Source: Kamptonema sp.
Lineage (GTDB): Bacteria; Cyanobacteriota; Cyanobacteriia; Cyanobacteriales; Microcoleaceae
Direction of reading: 5' to 3'
Length of the DNA stretch: 58,167 nucleotides
Assembly (NCBI GenBank): GCA_035298405.1
Contig: DATGYA010000606.1
Coordinates: forward strand, 1 to 58,167
Position numbers and translations under genes: made by a program. This document shows positions 39,401-49,700 of the stretch, piece after piece. How positions within the stretch are numbered: the stretch's first letter is position 1; each line of letters begins with the position of its first letter. Below the pieces are notes generated by a model. It was given only the letters and a program-made list of their open reading frames with translations, made no database searches and was not told the origin of the DNA.

Positions 39401-42400
39401 AGATACATTATTTGTCCAATTAGTTGCGTCACTTGTGAGGATAACATTGTTGGTGATTGTCGTTGGGCCAGTTAAAAAGATGCCGTCGGTTCCAGTTGCT
39501 GTAATGTTTCCTGAAAATTGGGTATTGCCATTTGAATTTAAGCTGAGTAGGTTTGCAGACTGACTAAAATTGACATTCCCTGTGGTATCGATGCTGAGTC
39601 CTCCAAGGGGAATAATGCTGCCGATCGCGCCTCCCAATGTGACGTTACCTGTACCTGCATACACTGCTAAAAATTCAATACTTGTTGTAGTGCCATCAAG
39701 GGTGCTATTAAAGGTAATATTGCCGCTGCTAGTAGTTCCTGATGTTGTCAGGGTAGTAGTTGGTTGAGTGAGGATAACGGGTGATTGGAAAGTAATATTG
39801 CCACCGCTACCAGTAGCGGATGAACTATTAACATCTGCTCTAACAATAGTATTTCCAGTACCAGAGTTGAAGGTGATATTCCCTCCTGTACCTGCACCTA
39901 GTGAAGTGGAACCTATATAGCCAATATTAATGTTTCCAGCAGTAGTAGAAAGCGCGATCGCCCCCCCATTTCCTGAAGTGGAACTAGAATCAATAAATCC
40001 AACAGTGGTGTCGATCGCACCTGTTCCTCCATTTACAGAAAGGGTAATATTTCCTCCTGTACCTGCACCAAAGGAACGAGTATCGAAAAGATCGGTAATA
40101 ATGTTTCCGCCAGCAGTGGAGAAGGCGATCGCGCCCCCATTTCCTGAAGATGAAGTGGCATTCATATTTATAGCAGCAGTGGTATCGATCGCGCCTGTGC
40201 CTCCAGTTATAGAGAGGGTAATATTCCCTGCATTTCCTGCGCCTGATGAAGAGGAATCTATAGAACCAGTAGTAATATCACCGCCAGTAGTTGAAAGTGC
40301 GATCGCGCCTCCATTTCCTGAAGCAGAAGTGGAATCCAAAGAATTAGCAGTGGTGTCGATCGCACCTGTTCCTCCGGCAGTAAGGGTGATGTTCCCTCCG
40401 GTACCTATACCATTAGAAACTTTAGAAGTGAGAGCAGCAGTAGTAATATTACCATTAGCAGTTGAGAGGGCGATCGCTCCCGCATTTCCTGAATAAGAAT
40501 AGGAAGAGATAATTCCAGCACTGGTGTCAATCACACCATTTCCTGTCATTACAGAAACTGTGATATTCCCAGACGTGCCTGCACCTCCAGTAGAAGAATG
40601 CAGATCGGTAGTAGTAATGTTTCCACCAGTAGTTGAGAGGAGAATATTTCCCCCATTTCCTGAAGATGAAGTCGAATCCATAATTCCAGTAGCGTCAATG
40701 GAACCATTACCTCCAGTAATAGAGAGGGTGATATTCCCTCCCGTACCTACGCCACCTACGCCTGATGAGGAATTGAAAAAATTAGTAATAATGTTGCCAC
40801 CAGTAGTTGAGAGCGCGATCGCACCACCATTACCTGAATCGGAAAAAGAATCGATATTTCCACCAGTAGTGTCGATCGCACCTGTTCCTCCGGCAGTGAG
40901 GGTGATATTTCCTCCGATTCCCGTATCGTAGGAAACGGAATTCAGATCGCTAGTAGTAATGTTACCATCAGCAGTGGAGAGTGCGATCGCGCCTCCATTT
41001 CCTGAATTAGAGGCGGAAACGATATTTCCAGCACTGGTATCGATAGAACCATTTCCTCCGGTAACAGAGAGGGTGATGTTCCCTCCCGTCCCCGTACCTC
41101 CTGAATAGGAATCCAGAATGTTAGTGATAATGTCGCCACCAGTCGTTGAGAGTGCGATCGCGCCTCCATTTCCTGAATTAGAATTGGATTGCAGTAATCC
41201 AACATTGGTGGTATTGATAGAACCATTTCCTCCACTAACAGAGATGGTGATGTTTCCTCCCGTCCCCGCACCTCCTGAAGTGGAAAGCAGAATATTAGTA
41301 GTAATGTCACCACCACCAGTCGTTGAGAGAGCGATCGCGCCTCCATTTCCTAAAGTAGAATTGGCATTCAAAGTTCCAGCAGTAGTGTCAATGTAACCTG
41401 TTCCTCCAGTGACAGAAAGGGTGATATTACCTCCGGCAGCTACACCTGTTGCAAAGGAAGAGAGATTACCAGTAGTAATGTCACCACCAGCAGTGGTTGA
41501 GATCGCGATCGCTCCTCCACCTCCCGTGAAATTTGTATTAATATTTCCTGCACTTGTATTAATATTCCCATTGGAACTGGTTAGCGTTACCGAACCACCA
41601 CCAATTGTACTAATTAAACTTCCAGTATTCAAACTAATAGCATCTGCCGACAACAGACTAACACTGCCACTGAGATTAATATTACCTTGAACTGAACGCA
41701 CAGTAGAGATATTGGAAATAGAAATCCCAATGCCTAGAGTAAAATCACCCGCACCATTAAGAGTGATATTTCCTTGTGCAGAATCTAAGCTAGAATTAGA
41801 AATCTCAATTCCATATCCCAATTGCCCGCGCCCAGTTAGGTTAATATTCCCATTTCCTACAGTAATTGCACTGTTATTAATCCTTATTCCACTTGTCCAA
41901 GCAGCAGTTCCATTGCCAATACCTAAAAAATTGCCGCCGTTAGTAGTAATTATTGCACCATTGATATTGAGAGAACCATCAGTTGAGTTGTCGGCATCAG
42001 CGATGAGGCTAACACTTCCTCCATTAGTAGTAATATTATTATTGATAAATATCTCATTATTTGCCTGGGCAGTGAGTCCTACTGCTGAATTGCCTATGTT
42101 AACATCAGCACCGAAAGTAATATTCCCTGTCGCTTGTAAAGTCACATTAGTAGCGGCATTGTTAATGAGAGCAACATCAAGAGTATTACCCCCAATATCG
42201 GGGTCAGCAAACTGATCGACATCAGTGAGAACCGTAAACGACCCAGGTGTAGCAATAATTGTGATATCAGTGGGATCTAGTAATAATAATCCAGTAGTGC
42301 CATTGGGAGCTAAAGTATTAACATTTCCTTGAAAGTCTAAAAATTTATAACCCGATACTTCGACAAATCCACCATCCCCAGAAAATGCACCACCACGAGC

Positions 42401-43579
42401 GCTAATATTGCCATAAAAGCGAGTAGCATCATCGGCCCAAACAATCGCGCGGCCACCATTACCATTACTAACGCCATCGACATTAATTGTCGAATTATTA
42501 CTAACAAAAGTGCGACTAGCATTAGGAACTGTCCCCTTACCTTGATAATCTCCACCAATTAATACAGTGCCACCACCATAAATACCTGAAGCGTTAATAT
42601 TCCCACCAATTACGCCGACTTTATCCCCGAAAACATTAACAGTTCCCCCTGTTGTCCCAGAGGTGTTAATGTTCCCAGAGGCAATAGCTGTTCCCGCGAC
42701 TCCAGGGACGATCGTATTATTACCAGTCAACACCACTTGACCCTGAGCATTCACTGTTAAACCTGCGGCACTTTCTAAGCCTTTGCCTGTTAATAATTGT
42801 GGCAAAGTTCGCACTGATTCTGTCCAAGTATTCGGCAATAATCCAGCATTATTAAGAGGCTGAACTTCTAAACTTAGTAAGTGTCCAGCTTGGCTAATCC
42901 TGACTAAGTTTTGACCGGGAACAGCGTTAATTAAAATATTGCCACTGGCGGTAGTAAGTTGTCCGGTGTTGACAACTGTTCCCCCCATTAAAGTTAAATT
43001 AGATCCTGTAGTTACAGCTAAATTACCTGCATTAATAATCGTTCCGGGTTCTATAGCAGTAAAGGCAAAAGTGTTAGGAGTTCCGACTAAGTTTGCCCAG
43101 TTATTATTCCCAATCGCATTAAACCAGTTATTATTGCCAAAGCCGATACCTGTGGCGGTGGTAGCGGTGAAAGATGCGGGGACGTTGAGGCTGGCGTTGG
43201 GGCCAAAAACAATCCCAGCGGGATTCATTAAAAATAGGTTAGAATTACCGCCTGTGACTTGAATTAAGCCGTTAATTATGGAAGCATCGCCGCCTGTGAC
43301 TCGTCCTAAAATATTGCGGATATTAGGATTAGTAAGAAAGTTGGCAATTTGACCTTCTGAAAGTCCAAATTGAGTAAAGCTGTGGAAAAGATTGGCTTTA
43401 TCGCCACTGAGGGAACCTCCTTGGATGTCTATGCGGTTTCCTTGGGGTATGACGACTGTACCCGTACCGTCGGGTGCGGGTGCGATCGCTTGAGTTTGAG
43501 CTTTGGTGGGGGAAGCAAATGCACTTAGCAGGCTGAACGTGACTAAAAATTGAAGTAAATTAAGTCGATTAGCTTTCAT
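33467..43579 (-). CDS. Giant filamentous-haemagglutinin/TPS-domain protein with C-terminal CHAT (caspase-like) domain, paralog 1
   Basis: Signal peptide; NLFHSFTQFGL...NPAGIVFG TPS domain; G/N/T-rich beta-helical repeats; IIHLATHAEF and LVLSACKTA dyad; HPYYWSGFTLVGNPW. Confidence 0.93.
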   Translation of the reverse strand: MKANRLNLLQFLVTFSLLSAFASPTKAQTQAIAPAPDGTGTVVIPQGNRIDIQGGSLSGDKANLFHSFTQFGLSEGQIANFLTNPNIRNILGRVTGGDASIINGLIQVTGGNSNLFLMNPAGIVFGPNASLNVPASFTATTATGIGFGNNNWFNAIGNNNWANLVGTPNTFAFTAIEPGTIINAGNLAVTTGSNLTLMGGTVVNTGQLTTASGNILINAVPGQNLVRISQAGHLLSLEVQPLNNAGLLPNTWTESVRTLPQLLTGKGLESAAGLTVNAQGQVVLTGNNTIVPGVAGTAIASGNINTSGTTGGTVNVFGDKVGVIGGNINASGIYGGGTVLIGGDYQGKGTVPNASRTFVSNNSTINVDGVSNGNGGRAIVWADDATRFYGNISARGGAFSGDGGFVEVSGYKFLDFQGNVNTLAPNGTTGLLLLDPTDITIIATPGSFTVLTDVDQFADPDIGGNTLDVALINNAATNVTLQATGNITFGADVNIGNSAVGLTAQANNEIFINNNITTNGGSVSLIADADNSTDGSLNINGAIITTNGGNFLGIGNGTAAWTSGIRINNSAITVGNGNINLTGRGQLGYGIEISNSSLDSAQGNITLNGAGDFTLGIGISISNISTVRSVQGNINLSGSVSLLSADAISLNTGSLISTIGGGSVTLTSSNGNINTSAGNINTNFTGGGGAIAISTTAGGDITTGNLSSFATGVAAGGNITLSVTGGTGYIDTTAGTLNANSTLGNGGAIALSTTGGGDITTNILLSTSGGAGTGGNITISVSGGNGSINTTNVGLLQSNSNSGNGGAIALSTTGGDIITNILDSYSGGTGTGGNITLSVTGGNGSIDTSAGNIVSASNSGNGGAIALSTADGNITTSDLNSVSYDTGIGGNITLTAGGTGAIDTTGGNIDSFSDSGNGGAIALSTTGGNIITNFFNSSSGVGGVGTGGNITLSITGGNGSIDATGIMDSTSSSGNGGNILLSTTGGNITTTDLHSSTGGAGTSGNITVSVMTGNGVIDTSAGIISSYSYSGNAGAIALSTANGNITTAALTSKVSNGIGTGGNITLTAGGTGAIDTTANSLDSTSASGNGGAIALSTTGGDITTGSIDSSSSGAGNAGNITLSITGGTGAIDTTAAINMNATSSSGNGGAIAFSTAGGNIITDLFDTRSFGAGTGGNITLSVNGGTGAIDTTVGFIDSSSTSGNGGAIALSTTAGNINIGYIGSTSLGAGTGGNITFNSGTGNTIVRADVNSSSATGSGGNITFQSPVILTQPTTTLTTSGTTSSGNITFNSTLDGTTTSIEFLAVYAGTGNVTLGGAIGSIIPLGGLSIDTTGNVNFSQSANLLSLNSNGNTQFSGNITATGTDGIFLTGPTTITNNVILTSDATNWTNNVSGTGNLTIQPFTAGLPIDIGNTPVTGTRLNLTPTQIGLLQPSLASVTIQTNNGGDISVNDPITLNPPTTLQTSPGTITLNSPITGNNNAAITLSSNTTNLNADISTSNQNITINGNTLLTNNVTLNTNGNILLNGPIDGNNNLTANAGTGNITFGGAVGSSMPLVNITANSTGLTTFNAVNSASVTTNAGGTTQLNGNVTTTGAQTYNDAVTIANNPTLTGNGITFNSTLDGNSDLTANTGASNLSFNGAIGSITPLGNITANSTGITTFNAVNSASITTNIGGTTQLNGNVITTGTQTYNDAVTIVGNLTLNNDGISFNSPLTLTGNLTLNAGGGTVAFNAIAAANYTLSLSANEIDFNGIVTGNSTLTLTPGTPGQNITLGGLTDTGANSLDLTANDLNNLADGFSSIIIGNNTNTGNILVAPSGASFKDPVIMTTGTGVITLNGALTGIGNSSITLNAPTTFLNNDIRTAEQNITLNGNAIVGNSVTVSTGNLAGGDILFNGNINGNNNLTLETGTGNLTIVGAIGNNTPLGNLTFTNVNNVQANAIAAASLTQISGTGATTINGTINTNTATGINLTGNIFNFNGNVTTSNGGSFTINNSSPLTITSAAQFNLDGAFNQIGFGNVFLAGNITTNNSNISFKSPVTLIGATNLNTGAGVGDINFNNTLDGTNNLNLAAGIGNILFFGLVGDVVRIGDLTINSANDITALNSINAVSITQIAGGGTTLFNGVINTNGRSGITLAGTNFNLNGAIATNGGFTINNSGKLNLSISPLLLDGAFSQIGTGEVAIASNITTANQDIRFSGPVTLNTPVIFTLGNATIAFGSSLAAGNNPLNLIAGEIDFSGPVSGTNSLSLQPFNPGQNIVIGGFDNNTNALDLTAAEINTLQNGFSSITIGRVDGSANINIDSNVTFFDPLTIQTATGAMPSADAAIAVNGNITGRDNSSISLNAPTINIKSNINTVNNSIILNGNVNLGNDVELSSGGGDITIAGVLNGSQKLTINADTGNIFLKGDIGNITPLLGLELNGLNTTLSGNISSANSDIIFDTGLILTNDMTLTTGAIGGNITFRSTLDSEAFRGYSLNLTAGRGNVTFNGAVGAAVNGQLGNITINSANNITALSGISTRNFQSNSTANINFGNITATNVNITTDNNITVGNIISNGGQIRLNSNNGNLVAGDIDASLISGNGGTILLTTPSGAAITGNLNTSGVSGGDITVKAQTSITARQINSSGSVGSGGNVFLDPIGDIQVEFINAEGGINGTGGNVFIESTGGLFRATSSFVTPFSTDGTASISTAGGLGSGTITIRHAGGDGGQLLQPFEVGNAGALNGTAAAITSGSSIIETGQVFPGSFSVGNIGIETQDAAPRTITLSTSSTTTTDLSTSVRAPIVLSTPSSQGIQSSAALVPPVTPLGDFSSNTTLPGATEIRGENLAQGGGLTQQTGGIVPTAPVVSIDSTSVNSNSDGTLENIPLISTFYTEEERRKSLLSEKDAAKNIQQPILEIDPKIIEPSPGAARASSVMPEGEKPARNLTPEDISNKPANLVLGYSASIDRPFNGDDIGDIDTIFEGGNIEVMVSQLEQIRNREFEQYLKVGHKVGGHNMSLSEIQQNLKETDNKTGKKSAVFYVVSRLNQLELVLVTSLGLPIRYSVPAAKRDALFPIINKFRSEMINSRKRNTKSYLDSAKQLYQWMILPIEADLKKLKIDTLLLSLDPGLRSVPIAALYDGNKFLIEKYSFSVIPSFSLTNTSYTSIANASVLAMGASEFTDQNPLPAVPVELSAIASQWQGKSFLNSTFTLENLNLQRSREDYRIIHLATHAEFLPGKPGNSYIQLWESKLPLDRVRNLNWDNPTVDLLVLSACKTALGDREAELGFAGLAVQSGAKSALASLWYVDDRGTLGLMTEFYQQLGKAAIKADALRFAQIAMLKGQVRVENSQLLTNAGKFDLPSALKSQDSTDFTHPYYWSGFTLVGNPW
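39900..41560 (-). repeat. About 10 intragenic ~57-aa repeat units (GNGGAIALST...GTGGNITL...IDT)
   Basis: HIP1 octamers at 39954, 40125, 40299, 40470, 40815, 40983, 41154, 41331 and 41505 mark a 168-177 bp period. Confidence 0.85.
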
Positions 43580-43612
43580 GCTGCTTCTATCCTAATTAAT
43601 TGGAGATTAAAT

Positions 43613-43641
43613 GCGTAGGTGTAGCCAGCCGCAGGCATCGC
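43613..43641. mobile_element. 21-nt small dispersed repeat inserted in a HIP1 site (SDR5-like)
   Basis: GCG-[TAGGTGTAGCCAGCCGCAGGC]-ATCGC; removing 43616-43636 restores GCGATCGC. Confidence 0.8.
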
Positions 43642-43787
43642 GACAAGGAAAAAATTAGTTAAACAGTTCTGTTTTTATACCTCTCGTCACCACACTGTGT
43701 CCAGTAGACATGGACTTATGCAGGGAAACTCTAATCTTTGTTGGAAAACACAAATACATAGTAGACGGAAGGAAGAATATAATGTTC

Positions 43788-46700
43788 CTACCAAGGGTTC
43801 CCCACGAGGGTAAAACCGCTCCAATAGTAGGGATGAGTAAAATCTCTGCTGTCTTGATAGTTTAAAGCAGGCGGGAGGGGAAAGGTTCCCGCATTTGTGA
43901 ATAGCTGACCATTTTCAACTCGTATTTTTCCGGTGAGCATTGCCACCTGAGCCAATCTGAGAGCATCTGCTTTAATTACGGCTGTTCCTAACTTGTGGTA
44001 AAGTTCAGTCATTAACCCTAAAGTACCGCGATCGTCAACATACCAGAGACTAGCTAAAGCGGATTTTGCCCCTGATTGTAAGGCTAATCCCGCAAAACCT
44101 AATTCAGCTTCGCGATCGCCTAACGCAGTTTTACAAGCACTCAATACTAATAAATCTACAGCAGGATTATCCCAATTCAAATTTCTGACTCGATCGAGAG
44201 GTAACTTAGAATTCCAAAGCTGGATGTAGGAGTTACCAGGTTTTCCTGGTACAAATTCTGCATGGGTAGCAAGGTGAACGATTCTATAGTTTTGGCGCGA
44301 TCGCTGTAATTCCAAATTTTCCAGAGTGAAAGTAGAATTGAGGAAGGATTTCCCCTGCCATTCAGAGGCGATCGCAGATAATTCTACTGGCACCCCAGGT
44401 AAAGGACTGTTATCTGTAAATTCTGAGGCTCCCATCGCCAGCACAGAAGCGTTAGCAATCGATCTATAGCTGGTATTAGTTAAACTAAAACTAGGAATTA
44501 AACTGAAGCTATATTTTTCTATGAGGAAGCGATCGCCGTCATGCAAAGCTGCGATCGGCACGCTCCGCAAACCTGGATCTAAAGACAATAGTAGGGTATC
44601 AATCCCTAATTTTTTCAAGTCTCCCTCCAGCGGCGATATTATCCATCGATAAAGTTGCTTTGCCGCCTCCAAATAACTGCGAGCGTTACGCTTACGAGAA
44701 TTCGCGATCTCAGCACGAAACTCATTCACCACTGGTAAAAGCGCATCTCTTTTCGCTGCGGGGATACTATAGCGAATCGGCCGCCCCAAAGCTGGAACTA
44801 AAATTAATTCTAATTGATTGAGACGTGAAACTACATAAATAATTACCGAACGCTTGCCAGTTTCGTTCTCTATTTTATTTAAAGTTTCTTGCATAGCAGA
44901 AACTGAAATACTTTTGGCTGAAAAGTTCGGATTTATGCCCAGGTATTGCTCAAATTCTCTATATCTGATCTGTTCAATTTGCCAAACCATATCACCAATA
45001 TCTTCTCCCTCAAAAATTTGATCGATAGGGGGATTGTAGCCGAGAATTAGATTAGAACTGTTGTTAGATGGAGTCTGTTGTCTGGAGTTTATGCCAGAGC
45101 CTTGAGCGATCGCGACTCTGGAAAATTGGCGAGAAGCTGGCCACAGCTCGGTAATGCTCTGCTCGATCTCCAAAATCTGTCGTGTCGAAGCCACGCCTGG
45201 CTTTGGTAGCGGCGAAATTCTTCTGCGTTCTTCTTCGCCGTACAAGCTTGAGACTTGGGAAGATATGACGGAGGTTTCGGTGCGAGGGGTGACAGATACG
45301 GTAGTTGTGACAGGTGCGATGCCTGTGGCAGACTGCGTCAACGGGGGTGTTTCTGTTACTGCTTGTCTTAGTGTTTGTGTAAGTTCGGGCGCGATCGTAG
45401 ATACAAACTCTGGTATTAGTGCAGATATCACTGTTGTTACCGATGTTTGTGTTCCTTTGCCTGATGACGTAGACGGTACAACAGTCCTCTGTTCAGAAGC
45501 GATCGCACTGGACACAGGTGGTAGGGTTGGCACCACTGCTGTCCTCTGTTCAGAAGCGATCGCAGTGGGTACAGGTGGTAGGGTTGGCACTACTGCTGTC
45601 CTCTGTTCAGAGGCGATCGCAGTGGGCACAGGTGATGGCGTTGCCACCACTATAGTCACAGGTGATGGCGTTGGTACCAATTCTGCTACAGGTGCAGGTG
45701 CAGGTGCAGGGGCAGGTGCAGGTGCAGGTGCAGGGGCAGGTGCAGGGGCAGGGGCAGGTGCAGGTACAGGCGCAGGTACAGGCGCAGGTACAGGCGCAGG
45801 GACAGGTACAGCATCATCAGTCTGTATAGCAATGTTCCCAATACTGAAAGAACCCGAAAACGATCGCCCTGCCTCTATCGTAGATTGCCCACTTGTTATC
45901 GCCGCAGCCGTGCCGTTGATCGCAGCATTACCAACTTCAAAAAGTTGAAATGGCGGCCCTCCATCTCCCCCTACGTGACGAATTGTAATTGTACCGCCAC
46001 CGTTGCCCCCGGCTGTGGAAATGCTAGCAGTACCCGCAGGCGAAAAGGCAGTTGCAAAAGAGTTTGTTGCCCGGAAAAATCCCCCTGTTGATTCAATAAA
46101 TACATTCCCACCAGTACCACTGGTGCCGCCTTGAGCATTAACAAATTCAACTTGAATATCGCCAATAGGATCTAAGAAAACGTTACCGCCACTTCCTACG
46201 CTGCCACTAGAATTAATCTGTCCTGCTGTAATTGAATTTCTCGCGATCGCAGTAATATTAGCACCGCTAACTCCCGATGAATTTAGATTGCCAGTTGTCA
46301 CTGAACCCGCAGGCGCTGTCAGTGAAATAGCACCCCCATTGCCAGAAGGTAAGGAAGTATTCAAATTACTGGCTGCCACATTCCCGCTACTGCTATTAAG
46401 CTGAATTTGACCGCCATTTGTGATAATATTAGCAACAGTTAAATTATTATTTGTAGCAATATTCACATTGCCAGAGTTGATATTGGCAAAGTTAACAGTG
46501 CCGCTGCTATTTGATTGTAAGCTACCCGCTGAAATTGCCGATGTTGCTGTTACATTACTAGCATTATTAATTGTAAGATTTCCTAATTCACCATTTCTCG
46601 CATTACCTACTGCACCGTTGAAGCTAACATTGCCGCTACCTGCTGTTAAACTCAAATTGTAACCTTGTAGTGTCTGACTATCGATAGTACCGCCGAATGT

Positions 46701-49700
46701 GATATTTGCTCCGGTTGTACCTGTAGTTAAGCTGACGTTGTTTGTGAGAATCAGATTGCTGTTAAAGGTAATATCGCCGTTAGCGGTGGCAATATTTCCT
46801 CCCAAGTTAGTATTGAAAGCGTTAATAACTAAGCCTGACAAAGGCGTAACATTGCCAATATTTCCTTGTAGTAGTAAGTTGCCATTCCCCGCATTGATGT
46901 TCAATTTCTGAGTGCCATCGATCGCGCCTATTATGGTAATATTTCCATTGCCACTGTTCAAGTCGATATCGTTACCGAGATTGATGTTACCATTAACTGT
47001 GATGCTGTTGTTAGCAGTGCTGATGCCAGAGTTGAGGTTAATTGTGGGCGCGGCGATCGCGATCGTACTATTGTCTGTTCCTGTAATGTTTCCGTTGAGT
47101 GCGATCGCGCCTGTTCCGGCTTGAAGTCTAACTGGATCTAAGAAGGTAATATTGCTACCGATAGTAACATTGCCGCTGCCATCTGCACGCCCGATAGTAA
47201 TAGAGTTAAAACCATTTTGTAAAGCATTAATTTCTGCTGTTGTCAAGTCTAAGGCACTACTATTATTAGCACCACCAATAGCGATATTTTGTGTGGGGTT
47301 GGCGGGTTGTAGCAGGAGCGCATTGGTACCGGAAACAAGACCAGTAAAATCAATTTCGCCTGCTGTCAAAGTCAGGGGATAGTTGCCTGCTGCTAAACTA
47401 TAACCGAAGGCAATTGTCGCATTACCAAGGGTAAAACTTACAGGAGCATTTAAGGTTACGGGCCCGCTAAATCTGATATCGTTATTGTTGGTAGTAATGT
47501 TGGCTGAAATTGCAACTGTTCCCGCACCCGTTTGATTCAATGCACCATCCAGTACCAAAGGTGCTGCTACGTTCAAGTTACCGCTATTATTAATAGTAAC
47601 AGAGCCGCTGTTGGCAGTAGTAACAGCACCATTTATGTTAAAAATTGTACCTGTAAGATTAATTCCGCCTGGGCTATTAGTGTTAATTGTACTATTAAAT
47701 TGTGTTGTACCGCTACCTGCTAGTTGAGTAATTGTTCCAGCGTTAATAACATTGAGAGCATTTACATTATTAGCACTATTTACAGTTAAGTTTCCAAGTG
47801 AATTTACCCCACCTACTGCCCCAGAAAATAGAATATTCCCACTCCCCGCCGTTAGGTTTAAATCAGCAGCTCCATCCAAGGTATTATTAAAGCTAATATC
47901 GCCAATACCCGCACCCGTACTTAGCGTACTTGTGCCTGCTAGAGTAACTGGACTGGTGAAGCTAATATTGCTATTATTAACGGCAATATTTCCCGATAAA
48001 GCAACTGTCCCTATTCCTGTTTGATTGAAAGCGCCGTCTAAGTTGAAATTGGCGGTAGGAGTAAGGCTCAAAGCAGCGCTGTTATTGATACTGAAACCGC
48101 CGCCGTTGCTAGCTGTGACATTGCCATTAAAATTAAAAATATTGCCAGTTAAGTTAATGCCGGCGGAAGTATTGCTATCAATTATACCGTTAAAAAATGT
48201 TGTGCCAATACCTGAAGTTTGGGTAATACTGGCGGCTGCGATCGCACCCGTCGTCACATTATTAACATTGTTAATTGTTAGGCTTCCCAAACGGGCACTG
48301 CCGCCAATTGCACCGACAACAGTAATATTTCCCGTGCCTGTTTCTAGACTCAGATTATTGTTACCATCAATATTGCCATTAAAGAGGATATCGCCTCCTG
48401 CTAAATTGCCTGTACTGACAGTGGCACTGTTACCAACTATGACATTACTATTAATGGTAATATTTTGGTCGGCGGTGCGAATATCGTTGTTTAAAAAGGT
48501 TGTTGGTGCGTTGAGAGTAATGCTGGAATTGCCGATACCTGTAAGCGATCCATCCAAGGTGATTGAATTGTTTACTGTTGTAAGTGTTACGGGATCTTTG
48601 AAAGATACACCACTTGGAGAAACAACGATATTGCCTGCGATCGCGCCGCCAATTGTGATAGAATTGAAGCCAGCGGCGAGATTATTTAACTCAGTAGCAG
48701 TTAAGTCTAAATTGGCAGCGCCAGTGTCAGTATAACCTCCGAGTATGATATTTTGTCCACTGCTTCCTGGAGCAATTGTAAGGGTATTACTACCCGTTAC
48801 TGTTCCAGTAAAATCAACTTCCCCAGCGGTTAAAGATAGAGGGTTATTGGCTGCTGCTAAGCTAGAATTAAATGCGATCGCACCGCTACCTGCATTCAAA
48901 GTAACGTTTCCAGTTGCCGTAACCGGAGCATTAAAACTAATACTATCATTAGTAGTAATTAAATCACCCGAAATTGACACCGCCCCCACGCCTGTTTGAC
49001 TGAAAGGGCCATCGAGGTATAAATTATCTAGAGCTAAAGTTAAAAAGTTTGAATTGTTAACTGTCAAACCACCGTTGTTAGTGGTAGTTACATTCCCAAA
49101 AGTCAAATTAGCACCTGTTAAATTGATGCCGCTTGCACCATTTGTGTCTAAATTACCTAAAGTAGTATTGCCACTAGCTGCTGTTTGAATGCTAGCAGCA
49201 GCAATCGCGCCAGTTTGGATGTTAGCAGCGTTATTAACTGTTAAATTTCCTAAGCGAGTATTGCTACCAATTACACCGCTAACATCAATATTACCCGTAC
49301 CAGCTTCTAAGGTAAGATTACCACCGCCATCAATATTGTTGCTGAATAAGATGTTGCCAGCAGCTAAAGATCCTGTGCTGACAAGTGGGCTATTTCCAAC
49401 TAACACATTACCGTTAATAGTAATATTAGTATCGGCGGTAATGATATTATTATTTAAGTTGATTGTCGGCGCGTTGATTGTAACGCTTGCATCGCCTATA
49501 CCTGCGAGCGATTGATTGACAATAATGTTACCTGTCTGAGTCTGAAAAATTACCGGATCTTGAAATGTTAAAGCTAAGTTATCTACAGTTATATTGCCAG
49601 TGCTATCTGGTCTACCGATCGCAATAGAACTGAAGCCATTTTGCAGCGCTGTAGCAAAAGTATTTCCCAATTGTACATCACTAGAAATGGGAGAACTTCC

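Noticed and set aside
45480-45640. CRISPR-like periodic repeats (also the 39900-41560 units and heptamer tracts)
   Set aside because: These are in-frame coding or simple tandem repeats without unique spacers, and no cas genes are present.
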